Assembly (NCBI GenBank): GCA_951406725.2
Contig: OX597815.1
Coordinates: 192,758,001-192,822,000, forward strand
From: Octopus vulgaris
Taxonomy: Eukaryota
Length of the DNA stretch: 64,000 nucleotides
Reading direction: 5' to 3'
The position numbers and the translations under genes are program-made. Positions 12,906 through 26,860 of this stretch are shown here, one piece after another. The notes under the pieces were generated by a model that ran no database searches, was not told the DNA's origin, and saw nothing but the letters and a program-made list of their open reading frames with translations. Each line of letters begins with the position of its first letter. Within the stretch, counting starts at the first letter, position 1.

Positions 12906-13756
12906 ATCTTAACTAATAACAACATTCAACCATATGCATTTTGTGTCTAAGCATCTGTTTATAGAATAAGGAAGTTTATTATATTTCCTATGCTGAAGGA
13001 AAATGTAGAGAAAAGGTTAAGTGAACTTCTAACCAAATTAGTAGTGATTAGATTTGAAGCGTTAAAATAGACCAGGTGTAAACGTTTGTTAACGACAAAT
13101 GGATGGCATGGCATAAACATAGACAACACTAATGAGAGTTAATTGATACTTTCTTTTATAGCCTAGGTGGGAGTTGTAAATGAATTATAAATTGGAGAGG
13201 CGGTTGTAACATGATTGGTTGAGTAAATTGTAATTTATATTTTCTTAGACTCGAAGCTTTGAAGATCTGCCATCCTGACTTTTTAAGGATGTGTGGCACT
13301 GCATAAACCAATGTGTCCTGTGGTTTGAAGATGATGTAGTTGCTTTTTGTAGCAGGTGAGCAACCATGCAGAGGCTTGGTTTTTCATCATCATCTTCAAT
13401 TGCTAGCTGTAAAGAAATATGAACTAAATACAATTTCTTTATTAATGCACAAATATAACACTGGTCTACAAGGTTTTTTAGGAAACAGACATCATTCCTA
13501 TACAAAATCGGTTTCCTGAATCCAAATATAACCTTCTTTTTGACCTCTCAGATCTAGTTTTTAGGTGTATTTTCAATTTTGAATTTTCATTTGTACTTTG
13601 TTTTGATTTGTGTTACGCTCTCTATTGATTCATATTATATGCCTCTTGTATGATTAAAATACTCTATCAGGTCTGGTCAGAAAACTAGACCTGATAGAGA
13701 AAAACTGAAGTTATTTTTGAATTTAGCAGGTAAAAATCACTTAGGAATTTGTTAAA

Positions 13757-14173
13757 ATGGTGCTTTTACGTGCCACCGGCACAGGGGCCAGGCGAGGCTG
13801 GCAACGGCCACGAACGGATGGTGCTTTTACGGAGGCCACCCCATCTGGCCTCCGTGCCGGTGACACGTAAAAGCACCATCTGTTTGTGTCCGTTGCCAGC
13901 CTCGCCTGGCCCCCATGCCGGTGGCACGTAAAAGCACCATCTGTTCGTGGCCGTTTGCCAGCTCCATCTGGCTCCTGTGCGGGTGGCACGTAAAAAGCAC
14001 CCACTACACTCGCGGAGTGGTCGGCGTTAGGAAGGGCATCCAGCCGTAGAAACACTGCCAGATCAGACTGGGCCTGATGCAGCCTTCTGGCTTCACAGAC
14101 CCCAGTTGAACCATCCAATCCATGCTAGCATGGAAAACGGACGCTAAATGATGATGATGATGATGATGATGAT
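13757..14173 (+). mobile_element. (GAT)n-tailed RTE 3'-end/SINE copy with an inverted 5' segment
   Basis: 13757-13829 is the reverse complement of ~13867-13940. The standard 3' block and (GAT)n tail follow. Confidence 0.8.
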
Positions 14174-15234
14174 TCCAGGCACCAGACAAAAAAATTCTTT
14201 TGTTGCCCATTATAATAAAAGAAATGAGCATGAACAGGTTTCATACAGGCATATTGTGGCTAATAAATACTCTCAAAGACTCAGAATCTCATCGGACATC
14301 TATTCTAGGTCACCAAAAGTAAAACGAATATACTTTTACAGTAGACAGTTTTGAAGCATCTTTTCCAGATCTATGGCATTCATGATCCCCTATCTTGCTG
14401 CAAACCCTAACAGCAAGCTATTAATTGAGAAATTGAGAATGTAAAAGCTAATCTAGTGCTGGAGAGACAGAGACTAAGCATTTCATTAGCTTTCGTATCC
14501 TCAATTATTTTCATTACCTCACTTAGTCCTTGGTATATTGTTCTCATACTAACTTGTGTAGCAGTGAATTGATTAAATAGCATTATTTCTATCATTTGCA
14601 GAAACTTTGGCTGAGAATTAATCCAGCTTTTCTGCTATCATCTGCATAATTTAATTACTTGCTGACAACTCATTAACTTGTATAGCTGGTGGTAAGTTAT
14701 TCCGTTTCAATACTTGTTCCACTTATATTCAGCAGGGATTAAGAAATGACTCACAAATGTCCATAGTGATCAGGAAATACGTTTTTATCCAATTAATTTA
14801 TTCTTACTTCATTCTTAGAGTAAATTTGAAAATGTGAGTGTGCATGTGTGACAGACAGACAGACAGACAGACAGACTTACAGACAGAGAGAATCTGACAC
14901 ATACACATACATACTATGCTTACTAAAACCACAATGTTAATTGCTAAAATGTTGATAGTAATAATTTTAAGAAGACTAAAATATTTTCTCATACATTATT
15001 ATTCTTATGAGAGTAATTAATGATTTTGTTGTATTCCTCATAGAGTATGAAATCAAATCCCCTGCTGGCAGTGGGCAAACAACTGTATTCCCATTGCCAC
15101 AGTTAAGAATATATATATACCAGATCATTTATCTCATCTTTTACTTGCATCAGTCATTTGACTGCAGCTATGCTGTGGTTACTGCCTTGAGGGATTTTAG
15201 TCAGAGAAATCAATCTCAGTACTTTTTCACCATA

Positions 15235-15742
15235 CAAGTGTGATTGTTGACAGAGCGGCTAACCGGCTTCCGTGCCAGTGGCACATAAAAGAGCACCATT
15301 CGAGTGTGATCGTTACCAGCGTCGCCTTACTGGCACTTGTGCACGTGCTAGTAGGGTGCCAAGAGCACCATCCGAGCATGATCGTTGCTAGAGCAGCCAA
15401 GTGGCTTCCGTGCCGGTGGCACGTAAAGGGGCACCGTTCGAGCGTAATCGTTACCAACGTCACCTTACTAGCACCTGTGCCGGTGGCATGTGTAAAAAGA
15501 TTCGAGCGAGGTCATTGCCAGTACTGCCTGACTGGCCACCGTGCCAGTGGCGTGTAAAAAGCACCCACTACACTCTTGGAGTGGTTGGCATTAGGAAGGG
15601 CATCCAAGTGTAGAAACTCTGCCAAATCAAGATTGGAGGCTGGTGCAGCCATCTGGTTCACCAGCCCTCAGTCAAAATCGTCCAAACCATGCTAGCATGG
15701 GAAGCGGACATTAAATAATGATGATGATGATGATGATGATGA
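15235..15742 (+). mobile_element. (GAT)n-tailed RTE 3'-end/SINE copy inserted into a CORE-like SINE
   Basis: Tandem units plus tail. Flanked by a ~100-bp duplication (15127-15227 / 15742-15845). Confidence 0.85.
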
Positions 15743-15749
15743 TTTATCT

Positions 15750-16145
15750 CATCTTTTTCCTTGCATCAGTCATTTGACTGCAGCCATGTTGTGGTTACTG
15801 CCTTGAAGGATTTTAGTCAAACAAATCAATCTCAGAACTTTTTTTTTTTTTAAGGCTGGTACTTGTTGTATCGGCCTCTGTTGCTGAACTGCTATGTAAT
15901 GGGGATGTACACAAACCAACACTGGTTGTCAAGCAGTGGTGAGGAACAAACACGTACACAAAGACACACACTAAGATACATACACATACACACATATATA
16001 TAATGAGCTTCTTTCAGTTTGTCTACCAAATCCACTCACAAGGCTTTGGTCAGTTCATGGCTATAGTAGAAGACACTTACCAAGCCTCTATGCCATGGGC
16101 TAAACTTGGAACCATGTGGTTGTGAAGCAAGCTTCTTACCACAGT
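15750..16145 (-). mobile_element. CORE-like SINE
   Basis: cagtcatttgactgcagcc...tctaccaaatccactcacaaggctttgg...aaccatgtggttg. Confidence 0.8.
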
Positions 16146-16559
16146 GCTTACATTTGGTAATGTTACCTGCAATAGATTGGCATACTGTCTAAAACAGGAT
16201 TTGTCTTTCATCTACTTAATGCTTTGAAACCAGATCTTAGTGCTGTCTCATAAAAATCCATTGAGAGTTTTGGAGGCTCTTGTATTCTAGTTTCATTGCT
16301 TCATGTTACAGTCTCAAATACTAGCCTTGAAATAATTCAAATAGCAAAAGAGGGGGCTAACCAAGAACATCTCTAATAATGCCCTTTCCAACACAAAGCT
16401 TTCTGTTGAGAAAAAACAAAGATTGCACAAAGTGAAAGATGCAACTCTCCATATTCAAGCATCTAATTATAAATCTGAAAACTCAGTTGTGTGGTTAGGC
16501 ACAGGTATAGCTGTGTGGTTAAGAAGTTTGCTTGGCAACCATGTAGATGCAGCTTCAAT

Positions 16560-16790
16560 ACCTATTTTTTTACTACCCACAAGGGGCTAAATACAGAGAG
16601 GACAAACAAGGACAGACAAACGAATTAAGTCAATTATATTGACCCCAGTGGGTAACTGTTAATTATTTAATCGACCCCGAAAGGATGAAAGGCAAAGTCG
16701 ACCTCGGCGGAATTTGAACTCAGAACGTAGCGGCAGATGAAATACCACTAAGCATTTCGCCTGGAATGCTAACGTTTCTGCCAACTCGCT
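16560..16790 (-). mobile_element. SINE of the 'GTCGACTTTGCCTTTCATCC' family among CORE-like SINE fragments
   Basis: actacccacaaggggc...gaaaggatgaaaggcaaagtcgacctcggcggaatttgaactcag...gtttctgcc. Confidence 0.85.
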
Positions 16791-17050
16791 TTCTTTAAGT
16801 TTCCATCAACCAAATCCAATCACAAGACTTTGCTTGGCCTGAGGCTACAGAAGAAGACACTCGCCCAAGCTGCCATTCAGTGGGACTGAATCCAGAGCCG
16901 TGTGGTGGGAAGCAAGTTTTTTGCCACACAGTCACTCCAGTGTTTAAGACTGTGAACACTGCAGTTAATGACAAAATGCTACAATGAAGAATCCCTACCT
17001 GATCTTGGAAAACATGGAAAACAGATACGAAGAAATGCTGGGGATGAGGA

Positions 17051-17365
17051 TCACCATCATCATCATCACCATCACCATCACCATCATCATCATCATCATC
17101 ATCGTTTAATGTCCGTTTTCCATGCTAGCATGGGTTGGACAGTTCGACCAGGGTATGGGAAGCCAGGAGGCTGCACCAGGCTCCAGTCTGATCTGGCAGT
17201 GTTTCTACAGCTGGATGCCCTTCCTAATGCCAACCACTCCATGAGTGTAGTGGGTGTGTTTTACATGCCACCGGCATAGGGGCCAGAGGAAGCTGGCAAA
17301 CGGTCACGATCGGTTGGAGCTTTTACGTGTCATCAACACGGACGCCAGTCAGGCGGTGCTGGCTG
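17051..17365 (-). mobile_element. (GAT)n-tailed RTE 3'-end/SINE copy
   Basis: (CAT/CAC)n, then gtttaatgtccgttttccatgctagc...ggatgcccttcctaatgcc. Confidence 0.8.
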
Positions 17366-17574
17366 GTGATGAGGATAGATGTTACAATTCTTAATATCTG
17401 CATTTGGGTCTCTCTCACTCATTATATTCAAACTGCATTTGACTGCAACGAACATTCTTTCTTACAATCTGACCCTTTCATCCTATATCCCTCGTCATCA
17501 CCTGTCTTCACTGATACCCTAATCCACCACTCTTTCAATGCCATTAATCCCACCTCTATATCTCAACGTAGGCA

Positions 17575-17613
<39 letters not shown>

Positions 17614-17671
17614 AATCATCCCTTCACATTTCCATTATTCACACTTCCATCACACTGCACCTCTCCTATCA

Positions 17672-17702
<31 letters not shown>

Positions 17703-17926
17703 CTTTCTCACTCTCGCTCCCTCCTACTCTCTCCGTATCTCTCTCTCTCTCACACACACACACACGCTTCGACTCTATCACCCCAGTTCTCTGCTGTTAA
17801 TCTTTCTTTTGTCACCTTCTCACTCTTGTTTCAGAGACACGGCAAGGAAGCCAAGAGGGACAGATCTTGCCAGAAGGAGACAACTTCTCTGATCCCAGTG
17901 AACAGAGACAATGTAATGACAATATA

Positions 17927-18157
17927 TATTTCTTTACTACCCACGAGGGGCTACACACAGAGGGGACAAACAAGGACAGACAAACGGATTAAGTCGATTA
18001 TATCGACCCCAGTGTGTAACTGGTACTTATTTAATCGACCCTGAAAGGATGAAAGGCAAAGTAGACCTCGGCAGAATTTGAACTCAGAACATAACGGCAG
18101 ACAAAATATGGTTGCGCATTTCATCCGGCATGCTAACGTTTCTGCCAGCTCGCCGCC
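17927..18157 (-). mobile_element. full-length SINE, 'GTCGACTTTGCCTTTCATCC' family
   Basis: Ends ctgccagctcgccgcc. Flanked by a repeated atgtaatgacaatata (~17911 and ~18158), a probable TSD. Confidence 0.85.
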
Positions 18158-19084
18158 ATGTAATGACAATATAGTCTCTCTCTCTCTCTCTCTTTCGAGC
18201 AGGTATCATGATAAAATGCTTTCAGTACACACTGTAAAGGAGATTTGCAACAGGAAGGGCATCCAGCTGTAGGAAAATAGAACATCCATGAAAGACATGG
18301 TCCCAGACTTGTCTGGGAGGATTCTAACTACAAATAAGAACTGACAAAGACTGTGACAACCAATCCAATTCATGCCACCATGGAAAAAAAAAGACAGACA
18401 TATGATGATGATGATAATGATGATGATGATGATGATTACATTCATGTTTGTGTGTGAATGTGTGAAAACCTAAACTCACATATATAAATACTCACACACA
18501 CATATAGGTATATAGCACATGGCATTTCTAGTCTTTCTTACTGAAACATTAACTTCAATTTGGTGTTTTACTTACATTTTTACTTTTGTTTTTTTGTTTT
18601 TTTTCTTTTTATCATAAAATTGTCATGTGAAGTATTCTAATCCTTCTTTTTCTTCTATTATTCTCCAATTAACTTTCTTTATTGTCAGACATTAATACAA
18701 TTGGCATTAAATAGAAATACACTTTCTGAAGTTCTTATGATCTATTTTACGATATTCTACTCTCTTAAAAGAGTATTTCCTACCAAACGTATAATTCCGC
18801 GAATATGGACAGAATGGTGTTGCCAGTTACATCAACCAACTGCTTGCCTTTTACTTTATTTTATTAACCCTAAAAGTACAAACTGCAAAGTGAACTCCAA
18901 TAGGAATTGAATTCAAGACCTAGAGCACTGTAAATATCACAGGGCATTTTGTCAATCACTCTATCACTTCTACCAATCCACTAATCAAAATATTAAAATA
19001 TCAGTCAATTCAAATGGCTTTTTGTAGAATCAACTGAAGCAACAGATAAGATCCTTTGAAAATTTTAACAGGAAATTTAATACT

Positions 19085-19552
19085 CTTTCCTACTCTAGGC
19101 ACAAGGCCCAAAATTTGGGGGGAGGGGAGGCCAGTCGATTAGATCGACCTCAGTATGCAACTGGTACTTAATTTATCAACCCCAAAAGGATGAAAGGTAA
19201 AGTTGACTTCAGCGGAATTTGAACTCAGAACGTAAAGACAGACGAAATACTGCTAAGCATTTCGCCCGGCATGCTAACATTTCTGCCAGCTTGCCACCTT
19301 AGAATTGTGATAATATTCTTTTCTACTCGAGGCACAAGGCCTGAAAATTTGGGGGAAAGGGACCAGTCAATTAGATCAACCCCAGTATGCAGCTGGTACT
19401 TAATTTATGAACCCCCGAAAGGATCAAAGGCAAAGTTGACATTGGATTTGAACTCTAAATATAAAGACATGAAATACCTATTTCTTTATTTTTTTGAAAT
19501 ACCGCTAAGCACTTTGCCCAGCATGCTAACATTTCTACCAGATTGCCACCTT
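19085..19552 (-). mobile_element. two adjacent SINE copies, 'GTCGACTTTGCCTTTCATCC' family
   Basis: Two units, each ggcacaaggc...gaaaggat...gaactc...gcatgctaacatttct...gccacctta. Confidence 0.75.
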
Positions 19553-19797
19553 AGAAAATATAATCTTACAACAGAGCAGTGCTCTGCAACCTTTTTTTCC
19601 CTTGCAGTATACTTATATTCACTTCAAAATTCAGCAGCACACCTGAGCTGAAAATATAACTAAAAGTACAGGGTAAAAAATTATATGTAGGTTACACTGA
19701 GGCACACCTAGCATCATCCCATGGCACACCTGTGTGCTGTGACATACCGATTGTAGAGCACTGCAATAGACCATTCTTTCTTTTCTTTTTTTCCTTT

Positions 19798-20003
19798 CTT
19801 TTACTTGTTTCAGTCATTTGACTGCGGCCATGCTGGAGCACCGCCTTTTTAGTCGAGCAAATCGACACCAGGACTTATTCTTTGTAAGCTTAGTACTTAA
19901 TCTATCGGTCTCTTTCTGCCAAACCGCAAAGTTACAGGGACGTAAACACACCAGCATTGGATGTCAAGCGATGTTGGAGATACAAGCACAGACACACAAA
20001 CAT

Positions 20004-20050
<47 letters not shown>

Positions 20051-20222
20051 TATATACACAACGGGCTTCTTTCAGTTTCTGTCTACCAAATCCATTCACA
20101 AGGCTTTGGTCAGCCTGGGGCTACAGCAGAAGACACTTACCCAAGGTGCCACACAGTGGGACTGATCCTGGAACCATGTGGTTGGTAAGCAAGCTACCTA
20201 CCATGCAGCCATGCCTGCACTT
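19798..20222 (-). mobile_element. CORE-like SINE
   Basis: ttttacttgtttcagtcatttgactgcggcc...(CA)n...ggaaccatgtggttggtaagc. Confidence 0.85.
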
Positions 20223-20594
20223 ATATATGTGTGTATATGTAACATCCATCCATCATCATCATCATCATTCAGCATGCACGTTCCATGCTGGCATGGGTTG
20301 GCTGATTTGACAAGGATCCAATGAATCGAGGACTGCATTGTGCTCCAGTGTCTGCTTTGGTATGGTTTCTATGGCTCAATGCCTGAAAGGTTCTTTAAAT
20401 ATAGAGGACAGTTTCTGACCTGATCAGAAGTAGAGAGATATTCTGATATCATAACTGCCCAAATACAAACAGGATGAAGAAAGTTTGGGCAACTATGGGA
20501 TTCTTTCTGTGAATGAAGAGCACACTGTGTAATGTACAGTAACAAAATTGGGCAGTTGAAGACAGTAGATATGCAAAAGCTAGAAAGAAATGGG

Positions 20595-20925
20595 GCATGA
20601 GCACACTCTGCTGGATGTGTTATGCTCAAGCCCTCCTTCGTCAACCAGGAGAATTCATCTACGAAGCAATTGCCCCAGCTCCCCTTCAGGGTTGGCAAAA
20701 ACGATGTGGTGGACAACGAAAAACCTGGCTGATGACAGTCAAGGTTGATCTGGAACCAAACCTAAGCCCCCATGTCTACGGCGTTCGCAGCTAGAATAAG
20801 GAGTGGTTGGAGATCATGCGGCCGTTAGCCTCAAATCGCCAGGCCTGGTCAGCGTTTGTGAGAGATGCAGCATTGAGGATGAATGAAGCCAGCTCAACCA
20901 ACCCCGGGTGAATGCTGTCTCAAGA
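20595..20925 (+). mobile_element. RTE-clade LINE 3' fragment
   Basis: Translation ...LRQPGEFIYEAIAPAPLQGWQKRCGGQRKTWLMTVKVDLE resembles the RTE C-terminal R-x-x-G-x-x-RK-x-W...DL pattern. Confidence 0.7.
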
Positions 20926-23274
20926 CAAGAAGAAGTTATGCTCATATGAATAAACAATGGAGCATAAAAAAAAAGAAGTAGTTGCATGGAAGAAAGGAGA
21001 TTGTGCTGTTACAAATATGTGGTAGGTATGAAGGATGGCATTTGGAATAAGGAAGAGCCAAATGATCCAAGTAATAGGAAACTTGATGAAGAAGATCAAA
21101 GAAGACATGGGAAAAAGTGGTAAAAGTTGGTCAGGATGTTGAACGAAGATGACAAAAGGTTATACTAGAGAAGACTTGTCCTACCCATGAAGGCATGGAA
21201 CAAATAGACTTTAAAAGGATAACGCAAATTTTTAAGGAAATTTTATTAATTCAAGAAATCCATTATCATTAAATCCAGTTTTGGTCTATGTCGGCACAGT
21301 AAATATAATATAATATATATTATAACCAAGGTAAATCACAGACAGACAAAAATGTAACAAAAACAGCAAAGAATGGTTGAAAGTCAATATATTGTACGAC
21401 TGGCAATCTGTATATTTTGCTATACATTTCTTAAGTAAAGAATACAGACAGCTGCAAATCACTTATTTTAAGTAGATACCATGTTAATAGCCAACAACAC
21501 ATCAAAGGCTTCGTTACAAATAAATGCTCTTAATTACAACAAATTTAATGGCTAATATTGTAGTTGATATTGTCTTGTGAACCTATTACACTCTAGTGAT
21601 TGTTTACTTCTGTCCTGAACAAAGGAAAATGGTTTTAGTTTTTTTTGCCTGGTTATAGTTTTTTTGGAGTTTTTTTTTGCCTAGTTTTAGTTCTCTTTTT
21701 TTTTTCCTAGCTACTTTAAAGTAGCTTGTTCAGTTCATATTCAATAATGGATATGATGATGATAATGATTTAGGCACACAAGATGACAATTTTGAGGAGG
21801 GTAGGGATTAATCAAGTACATCAACTTCAGTACTTGACTGGTGCTTTGTTTTACTGACCCTGGAGGAATGAAAGGAAGAGTTGACCTCAGTTAGATTTTA
21901 ACTCTGAATGTTAAAAAGCCTTAACTAAATACTGCAAAACTTTGTGCCTGGAGTTCTATCGATACTTCCAATCCAATCCCCTAAATACCATAATAATAAT
22001 AATACAGGAAAAAACCTCAAAATAGAGACTGAAAAGATGTGATTCTTTGAAACAAAATCAATCCTAGTTATCTTTTAGTATGGCAAAAAGAGGTTGGGTT
22101 CAAGAAGCACTTTAGCAACATCCAAGAAATAGTACTGTGAGTAGCAGCACTACACACATACTACAAAGAGCCCACAAAATTAAACAATAAATTCTAGTGT
22201 CCTTGTCAATTGATTTCCCTTGTCCTAAATATATTTGGTTTACCACTTCATTAAAATTACTGTCACCTCTACACTTGGCAATTTGATACAAAGGGGTCAT
22301 CGTCAACATTAAATGTCTCTTTTCCATGTTGGCATGGATTGACAGAATCCAGCAAGCCACAAGCCTGCATCAAGCTCTAATGTAAGCTTTAGCATGATTT
22401 CTATAGCTGGATACCCTTCCTAATGCCAACTACTCTACAATGTGTACTGAATGCTATTTGTGTGTGTGTGTGTGTCTGTATGTCAACAGCACTACTTAAA
22501 TCACCAAGTAAGTTAGTCAATTACATCAACCCAAGGTCTTCATTGGTACTTTATTTTATCAACTCCCAGAAAGAAGAAAGTCAAATTTAACTTTAGCAAG
22601 ATTTGAACTCAGAACAGCCACAATGTATTTTGTCCAACACTAACAATTTTGTCAATTAAGAATAAATTCTACCATTAAGAAACACAAGGCCAGTAATTGT
22701 GGAAAGAGGAAATAGCTAACTATACCAATCCCATTACTTAACAGGTGTATTGTTTTATCAACACATGAAAGATGAAAGGCAAAGCCAACCACAAAAGAAT
22801 CTGAACTCAGAACATGCAGAAGTGGAACAAATACAGCAAAGTGCTTTGTCTGAAATTCTAATGATTCTGCTAATGTATCACGCTAACATAATAATAATGG
22901 GCTACAACAAATACTCTGCTCAATACCACAGATTTGCTTGTCAGTTGTTTGACCTTAACCAGTTGAGCATGTCCCTTAATGGCTGATGATATGTGCATCT
23001 CTGATCACGAGCAGAAGTCGTGGGGGAGTATCATAGCAATGTGTTGAAAGGAATTCTCTGAGGTTTGGATAATTCATCTTTAGAAACATGGGTGTTTCAT
23101 TCAACATCCTTAAACAACCTTATTCAGGGACCTTTTGAGGAGGAGGAGCTACTCAACCTGAAGAAAATTCTAACTGGGCCCCACCTGCAAGGTCATGCAC
23201 TGTTTATGTTGATATGAGATCACAATGTCACACACGTATGGTTTTGATGCATGTGCCTAGTATACCCTTGACTG

Positions 23275-23547
23275 GCTGCCATGCCGGTGGCACGTAAAAA
23301 CACCAACCAATCGTGGCCGTTGCCAGCCTCCCCTGGCACTTGTGCTGGTGGCACGTAAAAAGCACCCACTACACTCATGGAGTAGTTGGCGTTAGGAAGG
23401 GCATCCAGCTGTAGAGACACTGCCAGATTAGACTGGAGCCTGGTGCAGCCTCCTGGCTTCCTAGACCCCGGTCGAACCATCCAACCCATGCTAGCATGGA
23501 AAACGGTCGTTAAACGATGATGACGATGCTGATGATGACGATGATGA
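23275..23547 (+). mobile_element. (GAT)n-tailed RTE 3'-end/SINE copy
   Basis: tgccggtggcacgtaaaaa units, aagcacccactacactc, (GAT)n tail. Confidence 0.8.
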
Positions 23548-23578
23548 AGTGTTTAAAACAGCAGAATTTAAATTGTCA

Positions 23579-23870
23579 AGATGGATACAACAAATATTTT
23601 ACTGCGTGGGTGTGTTTTATATTTTTGCTGAAGATTAAATATTTCTTTGTTGTGCAGAATTGCTTATACTATGCGATCACAGCAGCTGGATTTTACTAAC
23701 AAAATGGGAAAGCAATAGATCAATGGATATAATTATTTTATTGACGCACTTCAAAGTAAAACGGTAGGTGTGTTGCCTATAGGTGAACATTATTTCGATT
23801 TGTTCAATTAATAAACTGCATCAGCTACAACGTATTTTAACTACTTTAAATTACCTCGCAGTTTATATAT
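23579..23870. repeat. dispersed ~290-bp repeat, inverted copy of 46240-46531
   Basis: For example aaatgggaaagcaatagatcaatggatataatt here versus aattatatccattgatctattgctttcccattt at ~46376-46408. Confidence 0.9.
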
Positions 23871-23882
23871 TCTTTTTATGTG

Positions 23883-23913
<31 letters not shown>

Positions 23914-24802
23914 GTATCACTCATAGTCTTTGTTACTTTAGTGATTGATTAGAAGTAAAAGAGAGTACAAGAGGACAGTAACCATAGAAAATGTAATAAG
24001 TTCAAGAAACTATTACTTCTCCTGACAACAGCAGTTTGTATTTTGTATGTATATATATATCATCGTCATCATCATCATCATTGTTTAATGTCTGCTTTCT
24101 ATGCTGGCATTGGTGGGATGGTTTGATAGGAGCCAGCCAAGCAGAAGCCTACACCAGACTTCTGCCACTGTTTTGGCAGGATTTTTACGGCTGGATGCCC
24201 TTCCTAACACCAACCACTCAGCGGAGTGGACTTAGTGTTTTTTTCATAGCACAAGGTTTTTTGGCAAGGTTTTTACAGCTGGATGCCTTTCCAAATGCCA
24301 ACCACTTTACAGTGTGGACTGAATCCTTTTTAAGTGGCACCTGCACTGACAGGGTCACCAAGTACCTTGCATGACAAAAAGAGCTTTTGAGAGGGGAGGG
24401 GGCTCTGGAAGAGCTGATCTTGTGTCAGATGATGAAAGGTTATAATGAGACAGAATATATATATAAAAGAGAGATTCTGTGCCCCATAAAACATAATTGA
24501 GACACCATCTCATTTATAAGCGTGGGTGTTTTGTCCACTTTCACACTTTAACTATGGTGATGATAATGATGATGATGGTGTGACCAGAGCTAAAGTGCCA
24601 AAATTTTCAAAGAATTGACACCTTTCAATTTCTCCCTCCCCCTACCCCTACTCTCTACATTTATCTTTCTGTCTTTCCATTTGGCTGGAAACTGTCCTCT
24701 GGCAAGAATGGTCAACGTTCAAGACAATGACAACCACTGCACCATATATATTCATTCCTTTATTTATTCAAAGATGGTCTGTTCTGTACAATTAAACACA
24801 GT

Positions 24803-24857
<55 letters not shown>

Positions 24858-25122
24858 ATGACTATCACAAGTAAAAATAATTAAAAAAAACATTCTGGGG
24901 TCAATATGTCCAACTAAAAATTCTTCAAGGCAGTGCCCCAGCATGGCCACAATCTAATGACTGAAACAAGTAAAAGGTGGAAAGAAAGAAAAGATAAAAG
25001 AAAATAGTAAGAATGAGTGTTTTGCCCACTTTCACCGGTAGAGCTCTTAAGAAACGGCACTGCTATATTTTTATCTCTCTGTCACTCTCTTTCTGTCTTT
25101 CTAAAAGAACATACACACATAT

Positions 25123-25170
<48 letters not shown>

Positions 25171-25542
25171 ATATTCATTCATGTTTCAGATATACCTATT
25201 TTTCTTAACTTCTCCGTTCAGATATGAATATAAAAATTTCTTTCACATAGGCAGAGACAATCTGACAGTGAAGCCATACGCGTGCAGACACAAATTCACG
25301 GCGAAACGAAAATCATCAACACACCAACAAAAAGACACAAAGACACAATGCCTTGCCCTGCATTCCTGTAATATAGCGTCAGAATTTCAGCAAAAACACT
25401 GACACCATTCAGCATTTGTAAATTCATTTCACTATTACTTAATGATATTCACACATTATTTGTTTTACCATTTCACTACAACTTAGTGATATTCCTTATC
25501 AAAAACATTTCTCATTCCCTTAAGCTATTCTTCTTTATGATA

Positions 25543-25960
25543 TACTCTTTTACTCTTACTTGTTTCAGTCATTTGACTGCGGCCATGCTGGAGCACCGCC
25601 TTGAATCGAGCAACTCGACCCCGGGACTTATTCTTTTGTAAGCCCAGTACTTATTCTATCGGTCTCTTTTGCCGAACTGCTAAGTAACGGGGACATAAAC
25701 ACACCAGCATCGGTTGTCAAGCAATGCTAGGGGGACAAACACAGACACACAAACACACACACGCATATATATATATATATATATATACATATATACGACA
25801 GGCTTCTTTCAGTTTCCGTCTACCAAATCCACTCACAAGGCTTTGGTCGGCCCGAGGCTATAGTAGAAGACACTTGCCCATGGTGCCACGCAGTGGGACT
25901 GAACCCGGAACCATGTGGTTGGTTAGCAAGCTACTTACCACACAGCCGCTCCTGCGCCTA
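25543..25960 (-). mobile_element. young CORE-like SINE (CpGs retained)
   Basis: Complete from the tail tactcttttactc to the head cctgcgccta. Confidence 0.9.
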
Positions 25961-26414
25961 TACCTATTTTCCTTGCATTACTGTAACATAGCGTCCGAAT
26001 TTCATTTTACTATTACTTACTGATATTTATTATCAAAAAAAATGTCTCATAAAAAAAGATTGACACAAAACGAACAACAAACAAACGCACGACGTACATC
26101 AGAAAATGACAATGAGACACACGCACAGCTTGCAGATCAGCAACAGAGAAAGAAAGCTCGACGTGCATCTGAAACTGAACATCAACAAAATGCTAGATAA
26201 ATAAAATAATACATACAACTCACTTATTGTTGTCATATCATAAACAAACACAAGTTCATGTATGATATTGATCTTTCTTCTACTTCAATTATTACATAGT
26301 TTTCACTTCTAAAAATGCACACATACAGGAGGAGTAAATTATACACGTAATAATGCATTCAGTGTGGATCCCAGTAAAAGTAATTACCCAATCAACAATG
26401 GATTTTACTGCTAG
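25960..26414 (+). mobile_element. probable Helitron remnant (3' part)
   Basis: Encodes RASETEHQQNAR, similar to the charged repeats of Helitron Rep/Hel N-termini. Ends ...ttttactgCTAG|t. Confidence 0.45.
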
Positions 26415-26419
26415 TGCAT

Positions 26420-26860
26420 GTTAGTTAGTTAGTTAGTTAATTTTTTGGCTCAAAAAGCAAAAAGCAAGGCCATGTAGGGGGACATGGAGTTATGTACAGG
26501 GTGGTGTTCATGTAAAGAGTTCAGGCCATTTGTGGTCAAGAGAGACTTTGAACCAAGCGGTCGTCGGTATCTTCACTATCTCGTCCGGCAGCTTATTCCA
26601 CGGATCTGCAACCCGGACGGAGAAAGCCCCTCTCCTTCGATTGAGATGAAATCGTCGCAGATAGAGCTTTTCGGAGTGACCCCGCAGCCGACGCTCTGGA
26701 GCAGGAGTGAAGAACAGCTCTTTCGAGATGTTACACTTTCCGCTTATGATGTTGTGAGCAAGAATGAGATCACCACGGAGTCGTCGTTTTTCTAGAGAAT
26801 AAAGGTCGAGCGTCTTCAGCCTTTCTTCATAAGACAAATGCTTGAGACCAAGAACCATGC
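26420..26860 (-). mobile_element. CR1-clade LINE 3' end with (TAAC)n tail
   Basis: LKHLSYEERLKTLDLYSLEKRRLRGDLI...LRGHSEKL...FSVRVADPWNKLP is a typical CR1 ORF2 C-terminus. Tail reads gttagttagttag on the + strand. Confidence 0.9.

Noticed and set aside
26420-26440. (GTTA)n as a telomeric repeat
   Set aside because: It is the short tandem tail of the CR1 element, also seen at 52175-52188.
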